A stretch of 64,000 bases of DNA, from positions 3,534,001 through 3,598,000 of the forward strand of contig OZ024748.1 in NCBI GenBank assembly GCA_964016885.1. Reading direction: 5' to 3'. The DNA comes from Eledone cirrhosa. Lineage: Eukaryota. Of the stretch, positions 54,329-64,000 are shown in pieces (position 1 is the first letter of the stretch; the number at the start of each line of letters is the position of its first letter). The position numbers were made by a program, and so were the translations under genes. The notes beneath the pieces were generated by a model, which did no database searches, had not been told where the DNA came from, and worked only from the letters and a program-made list of their open reading frames with translations.

Positions 54329-54994
54329 CATACATACATGTATATATATATATCTGAATAAATATGAATAAATATGACCAGATGTTGAGATAACATGTTA
54401 CCTGTGTATGCCTAGATATTGAGAGGAGAGAATAAAATAAAACATTCATAAATTTACTTTGTTCTTACCAAGAAAATGCAGTGATTATATTTCTCCATTT
54501 AATCGTATTTTTATGATAATAATTTTCGTATTTCACATTTAATCGTTGTTTGCTGTTTTTAGTTTTTAGTTTTTCTATTTAATTTAATGAAATATTTTTT
54601 TATATATTTTGTTGATTTTATTTTATTCTCAAAAAAAAATTTTTTTGTTTAAATGTAAAATGTAAAAAAACAAACAAACAAACAAACATTGATATTCAGA
54701 TAAAAATGTTGTATGTATCTATGTATGTATGTATATGTATGTGTGTATATATGTGTTTGTGTGTGTGTGTATGTATTTGTGTGTATATGTGTGTGTGTAT
54801 ATGTGTGTTTGCATGTGTGTATGTATTTGTATGTACATGTGTGTGTATATGTGTATATATATGTGTATGTATGTGTATGTATGTATGTGTATGTATGTGT
54901 ATGTATGTATATGTGTTAGTATGTATTTATTTATATTATATATATATTTATATATAGATATATACCCTATGCATACATACATATATGCATATAT

Positions 54995-55645
54995 ACACAA
55001 CACCACCACCAACACCAACAACATCATCAACAATACCAACACCGACACCACCAACCTTCCACACCAACGACAATAACCCCACACACAACCACCACCATCA
55101 CCAACATCAATAACATCATCACCACCAACAATACCCCACACACACACAACAACAACCCCCACAGCACCAACTACAACCCCACCACCACCACTATCAACAA
55201 CAGCACCAACAACACCAACCCCACCAACACCAATCACCAATACCACCACCACCATCACCACCAATACCACCACCATCACCACCAACACCACCACCAACAC
55301 CACCACCAACACCACCAACACCATCACCACCAACACCACCACCACCAACAACAACACCACCCCCATCACCACCAACACCACCACCAACACCAACATCAAC
55401 ACCACCAACACCACCAACACCAACACCACCACCACCAACACCACCACCAACAACAACACCAACACCACCACCAACACCAACACCACCACCACCAACACCA
55501 ACAACACCACCACCAACACCACCACCAACACCACCAACACCATCACCACCAATACCACTAACAACACCACCAACAACACCAACAACACCACCAACACCAA
55601 CACCACCACCAACACCACCACCAACAACAACCTCAACAACACCAA
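54995..55645. repeat. (ACC/AAC)n low-complexity tract
   Basis: Direct inspection. Confidence 0.93.
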
Positions 55646-56667
55646 ATGAACTACCCCCACCCCTCCAATATGACAGTATCTGCTAGTGACCTTCTACCAA
55701 TTATTGTGTGAACAAGTGATGCTAGAAAAGTAAATTTATTTAGACAAGCTAATGGATGCTTTCAGCCATCTTAAATATACATTTTTTTATTATTCTTTTC
55801 TCTGGGCTTTTTTTTTCTGGTTTTCTTTTGCTTCTCTTGTTTGTTTGTTCTTCATGTGTTTTTATTTATTTTATTTTATTTGGTCTTGTTTTATTTTATT
55901 TTATTTTATTTCATTTTTTGTTTGTTTTGTTTTATTTTATTTTATCTTGTTATATTTTTGCCTTTTTTGTTTTATATTTTTGTATGAAAACAATTTTTCA
56001 AAAAAAAAATAAATAAAATTTAAAAAAGTAAAACCTTTTTTCTACAAAAGAAAGAAATATTTTATTTCTTCTACCCCTGCCCTCTCTCTCCCTCTCTCTC
56101 TCTCTCTCTCTTTCTCTCTTTCTCCCTCTCTCTTTCTCTCTTTCTCCCTCTCTCTCTCTCCTTTTACTCATCTTCTCTTCTTCATCCTTTTCCTTCTCCT
56201 CTCTCTCTCCCCTCTCTTATTCCTTCTCTCCTCCTTTTCCTCTTCCTCCTCCTTATTCCACCTCTTCTTCTTCTTCCTCCCCTTCTTCTACTCCTCCTCC
56301 CATTCCTCTTCCTTCTTCTATTCTACCTACACCTCCTTTTCTCCCTTCCTTTTCCCTCTCCCCTCGTTCCCCCCCACCCCCCACACATGTCAATGTTTAT
56401 CATTTCTGTTCTGTCTAAGACAAACAAACATCATGAAGTCAATTTTTATATGTTTGTGTATATATATATATGTATATGTTTGTGTATATGTATATGTATA
56501 TGTATGTGTGTATGTGTATGTATGTGACACTATCAATATATGTGTAGTGTGTATATATATATATATATATATATGTATATGTGTGTGTATGTGTATGTAT
56601 GTATGTGTGTATGTATGTATTTGTATGTACGTGACACTATCAATATATATGTGTAGTGTGTAGTGTG

Positions 56668-56707
<40 letters not shown>

Positions 56708-56726
56708 TGTGTATGTGTATATATGT

Positions 56727-56770
<44 letters not shown>

Positions 56771-57068
56771 ATGTATGTGTCTACATAACGCTATCAATGT
56801 ATATATATATATATATGTATATCTGTATGTACATAATACTATCAATATATATAGATATATATATGTAGTGTGTATAGATATATATATGTAGTGTGTATAT
56901 ATATATGTGTGTATGTAGTGTGTTAGTGTGTACAATAAGAAACCAGCCAATAATGAAGGACTAAAGTATTATTACTACACATGTTTCCTTTTATTATGGT
57001 AGATAAATAAAACTACAAAGGTTGTAATCTCTTGACATATATATATATATATGGATATATATATACAG

Positions 57069-57131
<63 letters not shown>

Positions 57132-57136
<5 letters not shown>

Positions 57137-57210
57137 GTCCCCAGAAAATGTATACACACTTTTATCAGAATGCCATTGAAGTGTATATACATTTTTGGGT
57201 AGACCTTGTA
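57132..57210. mobile_element. Tiny mariner-type MITE in (TA)n
   Basis: Inverted CCAGAAAATGTATACACACTT / AAGTGTATATACATTTTTGGG; right end reads TACAAGGT on minus. Confidence 0.6.
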
Positions 57211-57220
57211 TGTATATATA

Positions 57221-57262
<42 letters not shown>

Positions 57263-57423
57263 CTTTTGGTCGTTTTGGAAGCCTCAACAATGCAGATGGG
57301 TAAATCTCCAGGTAACAGAATCCGGTGGTGAAGAGAGAGATGTAAGGGAATGTAGAATGAGATGTATAGTGTGTAGAGGAACGTAGGAAAGAGCGTAAAA
57401 AATAAAAATAATAGTTTAATTGT

Positions 57424-57457
57424 CCCTATATTTCGGATTCGCATCCATCAACTGGGG
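57424..57457 (-). ncRNA. Decayed minimal hammerhead motif
   Basis: Minus strand CCC-CAGTTGA-T-GGAT GCGA ATCC-GAAA-TAT-A-GGG; perfect GNRA-capped stem II; core has two changes from CTGATGA. Confidence 0.5.
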
Positions 57458-58208
57458 GGGGGGGTCCGGGCGGGAAGGTTATCCGTCGGAGAGGAACAAT
57501 ATGTGTCCTCTGCTGTTCGCTGTTTGTGACTAACTGAGGTATTCTGCAGATCACACGTGCATGCAGAATAGGTGCGGTCAAGCAAAGGTCAAAGCAGTTC
57601 TTTTAATTGTGGGAGTGGGATGGCATTATCATCATCACCGTTTGACGTCCATTTTCCATGTTGGCATGGGTTAGACAGGTCGTCTGCCTCAAGAGACAAG
57701 TCTGGCCAGTTGGCCACATTGTACTTGTTCAGACAGGACTGTAAATTTGGCTGGGATTTTTACAGCTGGATGACCTTCCTAACACTAACCACATTTATAA
57801 TGTAGAACTGGATGGCACCAGGAGGGACAGATGGAATATAGAAAAGATTTCAAGTGGAGGATGACAAGGAGAAGTGTGTTGGCACATAGAAGTGACTGGA
57901 AGAAGGAAATAAAGAAAGGTGATGTACAAGACAAGTTTACATATCTTCACACTCATCAGCTCTCAAACCAGCAAAATGGTTTCGCACAATTTAATTAAGA
58001 GTAGCATTTTAAAATGCTGGATTGTCCAACAGAAAAAAAAAGGCCTGGTGAGCCTTCATCTTAGACAAGTCTTTTTACTCCATAGTAGTAACCAGAGAAA
58101 TAGATCTGATACATAATATTGGAAATACATCCTTCAATAATATTCTTCAATATATCAATCTAATTGATTACCATTTTTTCCCCATTTCATTCCATTTCAA
58201 TTTTCAAT

Positions 58209-58222
58209 GTTGCCATGGCAAC
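58209..58222. promoter_or_regulatory. Perfect RFX X-box
   Basis: GTTGCCATGGCAAC inside the 18-bp palindrome ATGTTGCCATGGCAACAT, in non-repetitive sequence. Confidence 0.55.
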
Positions 58223-58316
58223 ATAGACCCTACCAATCTTTTATTTTTTTTTTCTTCTTTTTCTTAAATACATATAAAAACTTATTAAATTGATTTTTTA
58301 TTTAACACTAATATTA

Positions 58317-58353
<37 letters not shown>

Positions 58354-58395
58354 AGTTATATATATATGTATATGTGTGTGTGTATATATATATAT

Positions 58396-58451
<56 letters not shown>

Positions 58452-58545
58452 ATATGTATATGTATATATATACATATATATATATACATACCCACACACA
58501 TAAATATATATATATATATATATATACATATATCACATATATCAC

Positions 58546-58577
<32 letters not shown>

Positions 58578-58924
58578 CATCATCATATATATACATATAT
58601 ATAGTTTTATATAATTTTGAAATAATTTTTTTTTCATTTCTTTTTTTCATTTTCATCTATTTTATGTTTTTGAAGAATGAACCGGCGGAGCATGACAGAG
58701 CATATTGTGAACCAATTCCATTTTAAATTAGAGCTTTGACCAAAATGTTCATCTTTGGCGGCATATCCACCTTTCATTTCACTCTCTTTTATTGTAAAGT
58801 ATCCGTTTATGAATGAATGTTATCAAAACATGTCAGCTACAGTTAAGCCTAAATCAATAAGATGGTATGTCTCTCTCTCTCCCTCTCTCTCTCTCTCCCT
58901 CTCTCTTTCTCTCTCCCTCTCTCC

Positions 58925-58967
<43 letters not shown>

Positions 58968-59104
58968 CACACACATATATATATATATATATATATCATC
59001 ATTTAATGTCTATCTTCCACACGCTAGTGTGGGTTAGACGGGAATTGTCCCACTTGAGGCAAGATTGATTGGGTGACCATTACTCACTCGTATAGGACTG
59101 TATG

Positions 59105-59139
<35 letters not shown>

Positions 59140-59214
59140 GTGTGTGTGTGAGTGTATGTATCTGCATTTATATATATATATATCATCGGTGACATTTACT
59201 CACTTGGTACTGAG

Positions 59215-59385
59215 ATTTTACGGACAAAACCAACCGGCAAGAGACCCAGGGGTAGACTCCGAGCAAGAGGGTTGGACAACATCTATGAACTTAGCTGGTT
59301 CGCTTGAAGATCCAGCCAGATCAGTTGGAGACGGTTGCTTCTAACAGGACCCCCCTCAGGAATAAGTGAGCAAAGAATAAGAAGA
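59215..59385 (+). mobile_element. RTE-like LINE 3' end
   Basis: RPRGRLRARGLDNIYELSW; ends TCAGGAATAAGTGAGCAAAGAATAAGAAG. Confidence 0.7.
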
Positions 59386-59556
59386 TACTGAGATAAGCAT
59401 ATAAGCTAAAGCTTATAAGCTTATTTGCATATGAAACTTCGACTGGTGATGCTTATTTGCATATAGTGTGAAGCACTGAGAATTGAATTCACAACCTAAT
59501 GATTGTAAGCCAAATACTCTAACCACAATGCCACTCTCTGATCTACCACCCTTTCT

Positions 59557-59785
59557 ATTAACCCTTTAGCATTTAAACTGGCCATATCTAACCAGGATTC
59601 TCTCATGTCCTTCTCTTCAAACCGACTGTAACCGGCTGCTCATACTTATGTTAAGGTATTGTTCTCAACATAAGTATTATCAAAATTTCATAGATTCGAT
59701 ATTATGTGAGATAATTTTGTGAAGTCAATCCTTTACCATGAAAATATAATAATAAATATAGAATAATGTAAATAGTAAAGGGTTA
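59557..59785. mobile_element. piggyBac-type MITE
   Basis: TTAA-CCCTTTAGCATTTA ... TAAATAGTAAAGGG-TTAC. Confidence 0.75.
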
Positions 59786-59922
59786 CACTAAAGAATCAAA
59801 CTCACAACCTTAGGATTGCTCTAGTTTTTCTTAACTATTGGAGCGCTTGCCACCATTTCTACGATTTGGGGTTTCGTTTCGCTTTTTCTACCAGCCGAAA
59901 TACGATTCTCGATGAATATATA

Positions 59923-59962
<40 letters not shown>

Positions 59963-59964
<2 letters not shown>

Positions 59965-60042
59965 TTTTAATATAGATGAGATTCTACAGGACTAGAACTG
60001 TTTCATTCTTCTGTGGTTACCTCCGGTTCAACCCGGAATAAC

Positions 60043-60043
<1 letters not shown>
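59963..60043 (+). mobile_element. Minimal inverted-piece + tail micro-element (family of 28309)
   Basis: 59963-60008 matches the inverted arm at 28325-28362 and 29747-29790; 60009-60043 matches the tail 28450-28485; TA tracts on both sides. Confidence 0.75.
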
Positions 60044-60109
<66 letters not shown>

Positions 60110-60453
60110 GTATATATATATTAATAGATATTTGCTCTACAGGTTTATATATACTTTTATATATATATATATATATATACCATTCTTATCAAGCCCCCTT
60201 TGTACATTGGTGTTCATACACATATATATATATACACACACACATACATACATACACATATATACACACATACATACACACATATACATACACACATACA
60301 TACACATACACACACATACACACATACACACACATATACATACACGTCTCTTGCTGCTTCCAAAACAACTCAAGAAAAGGACACTTAATTACTTGGAGAA
60401 CTGTCCCCATTTTTCTGTCACTGTCAGTGTATCATGGAAGCTGTCAGATATAT

Positions 60454-60507
<54 letters not shown>

Positions 60508-60514
60508 ATATATA

Positions 60515-60650
<136 letters not shown>

Positions 60651-60913
60651 TATATATACATATATGTATACATATATATATATAGTATATACGTATATAT
60701 GCATATATGTATGTATATATATAAATATATGTATCTGTGTATATATATATAGATATATATACATATATACAGTACATATATACATATATATATATATATA
60801 TATATGTATGCATATATATATATATGTTTATGTATATATATATATGTATATAGATATGTTCTCTATATGTGTATATGTATATATGTATATGTATATATGT
60901 ATATGTATATGTG

Positions 60914-60959
<46 letters not shown>

Positions 60960-61114
60960 GAAGAAAGTCATTATAATTAAGTGGATATGTTTAACAATGA
61001 TTAAAGAAAATTTGGAAGAAAATGATTGTAATTAATTTAAATAAATGTAAAACAAAATTCTCTCCCGCACGCACACACACACACACACACATACACACTC
61101 ACACACACACACAT

Positions 61115-61151
<37 letters not shown>

Positions 61152-61234
61152 CACGGGTATTTTTGTAGAATATTCTAAATAGTATCAAAAGATAGACCAA
61201 CAATTATCATCCATATATGGCTACATGAAACCAA

Positions 61235-61645
61235 TAACAATGGTTTCTTATATAGGCACAAGGCCAGCAATTTGGGGGGAGGGGAAAGTCGATTAAATCG
61301 ACATCAGTACATTACTGGTACTTTATTTTATCAACCTTGTAAGGATGAAAGGCAAAACTAAATTCAGTGGGATTTGAACTCAGTAAGTTGTTGTTGTTGT
61401 TACAGCTGACACCTATGCAGGTTTAGCTGGCCTCCTCCAAGGTATATCTCATTGGAGGTGTCTTGGGTGGTTTAATAATAGGGACCCCAGTCCCTATCAT
61501 CTCATTTCTACAGTTGAGTAAACTGGAGCAACATGAAATAAAGAGTCCTGCTCAAGGAAACAACTCATCACCCAGTCTGAGAATTGAACTCACAACCTTT
61601 CGATGGCAAGCCCAATGCTCTAACCACTAAGCCATGCGCCTTCAC
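61235..61645 (-). mobile_element. Family A and family B SINE copies
   Basis: Cores match other copies (61235-61385 family A; 61477-61645 family B). Confidence 0.82.
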
Positions 61646-62208
61646 AGTAAGTAAAGTGACATAACTATTTGCTGCTAATTCAACACCCTCATCCTGTACG
61701 ACCACTGCTAAAGACGTAGGTAATACGCCATCAATGTGACCATTCTGATTCTGAAGATGGAGCTATCAAAGCCTCACAGTGTTGTTAATACATATATGGA
61801 GCTAGGGATATTGTTGTTTCAAATAAACGATAACAAAAACTAATAACGTAATAATAGCAATCTTTAATGAGAAGGATCAAAGTGAGGCACAGTTGTGTTT
61901 TTAATATAACATGTTTAGAAGAAGAGCTGTGGCCTACTTATATATTTATATATATATATATGATATTTATATATATATATATATTATATATTTATATTTA
62001 TATTTATATCTATCTATCTATATATATATATATATATGTATAGTAATAATAATAAAATTGAAGACTAAAATCCAGCAGCGATTCTTTGCTTAAACTTTAA
62101 TCTGTTATTTTAATAAATATATATATGTATATATATATATTATATATATATATTTATATATATATATATATATTATATATGTATATTTATATTTATATTT
62201 ATATCTAC

Positions 62209-62239
<31 letters not shown>

Positions 62240-62312
62240 ATATATATATATTTATATTTATATTTATATCTATCTATCTATCTGTCTATATATTTATATA
62301 TCTATCTATCTA

Positions 62313-62366
<54 letters not shown>

Positions 62367-62368
<2 letters not shown>

Positions 62369-62443
62369 GGGTACAGCAAAAATACCTCCCACATTTTAAG
62401 AGGTGAACGTTTAAAATATGGGAGGTTTTTCTGCCACACCCTG
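62367..62443. mobile_element. Tiny mariner-type MITE in (TA)n
   Basis: CAGGGT..GCA.AAA..CCTCCCA.ATTTTAA inverted at both ends with ~11-nt spacer; CAGGGTG terminus followed by TA. Confidence 0.7.
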
Positions 62444-62506
62444 TATATATATATATATATATATATAAGTGTGTATGTTTGTATACACACACAGACACAC
62501 ACACAC

Positions 62507-62570
<64 letters not shown>

Positions 62571-62573
<3 letters not shown>

Positions 62574-62710
62574 TACTTTGGGAGGGTCATGTTGCCAATA
62601 AGAAACACACGCACCAGTTGCTTTCACTCCAATTTAATGACCCTCCCAAAGTATAACAATATCGGTTTCAACACACGTTTTCAGATAAAGAATCTTGCTA
62701 AACAAATTCA
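62571..62710 (+). mobile_element. (TA)n-flanked insertion with a 20-bp perfect inverted repeat and one-sided tail
   Basis: TTATACTTTGGGAGGGTCAT (62571-62590) / ATGACCCTCCCAAAGTATAA (62637-62656), then ~55 nt unique sequence. Confidence 0.55.
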
Positions 62711-62731
62711 GAAACGAAAATATATATATAC

Positions 62732-62899
<168 letters not shown>

Positions 62900-63131
62900 T
62901 ACCACAGAGTGTCAGTTCTTTGATCATGGTGGACATGAAGTGAAAAGATACAAAATTAGTTGTCATTTTTGACAAAAACCTTCTCTCAGCCAATAAATTC
63001 TTCACCTATTTAAACTCTAACCTCTTAACCTCACACCCTTTCAAAACAATTTAAATACCTATTTATATACTTGCCTACTTCTTTTTCTTTTTCTTTTATT
63101 TTCATTTATACAGATATATATATATATATAT

Positions 63132-63225
<94 letters not shown>

Positions 63226-63234
63226 GTATATATA

Positions 63235-63274
<40 letters not shown>

Positions 63275-63411
63275 TGTGTCTGGGTAGATAAATATATATA
63301 TATATTCTCTCTCTCCCTCTCACTCTCTCTCCCTCTCACTCTCTCTCTCTCACTCTCTTTCTCTCTCGTTATATATATATATATACACATCTATATATAT
63401 ATATATATACA

Positions 63412-63470
<59 letters not shown>

Positions 63471-63514
63471 GTAAATTATATATATATATACACATCTATA
63501 TATATATATACACA

Positions 63515-63557
<43 letters not shown>

Positions 63558-64000
63558 GTAAATTATATATATACACATCTATATATATATATATATATAT
63601 AAATATGTAAATTATATATATATATATATACATGATTATATATATATATATACATACATTTTATATATATACATGTATGTATATATATATACACATACAT
63701 TTTTTTGTATATACATGTATATATATATATACTATGGAATTTTCTTATCTTATTTATTTATTCTATTCCTCATTATTTATTACTTAACAATGTCGATTAA
63801 GTTACAGGATCCAGGTTTGCTTACTTAAATGTCTTTCTTGTCTACATAATAATTACCACAACGATGATGATGATGATGGTTTTTTGTTATCTTAGTTTTG
63901 TTTTTACTGTTTACTCTGGTGATAGAGTGGGGGGAGGTTGTGCCTATGACACCCTTTTAAAAACTGGTTGGAGAGAAAAACATAGGGAGAAAGATTTAGG

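Noticed and set aside
56970-56990. GAAAC-ATGT-GTA hammerhead half on minus
   Set aside because: No CTGANGA core or inverted arm nearby

Overview
AT-rich, microsatellite-saturated eukaryotic DNA, either intergenic or a very long intron, with no intact protein-coding gene I can recognise. Almost every ORF in the track is a translation of simple repeats or minisatellites. The repeats are tRNA-derived SINEs, RTE-clade LINE fragments with (ATG)n/(AAG)n tails, TTAA-flanked piggyBac-type MITEs and long (TA)n/(CA)n/(GATA)n tracts; this resembles octopus/cephalopod genomes (inference from recall, not searched). The main finding is a set of about 12 small insertions (80-420 bp), nearly all inside (TA)n tracts. 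They carry whole or partial minimal type-I hammerhead ribozyme motifs (CTGANGA...GAAA...NTH, usually with a palindromic helix III). Most have a fold-back layout: an inverted copy, a direct copy, then a unique tail that often contains GAGT(A/G)CTC. A decayed Penelope-like reverse transcriptase (YRDD) lies at 38030-38340, so these look like Penelope-derived, ribozyme-bearing micro-retroelements of several families. A second theme is minisatellites born from pieces of SINEs, LINEs and MITEs, including two arrays of SINE Pol III A-boxes. Also present: a twin-primed (5'-inverted) RTE LINE, a (GATA)n-embedded retroposon with identical copies, and a perfect RFX X-box. All structures were read by eye and none was confirmed by computation.
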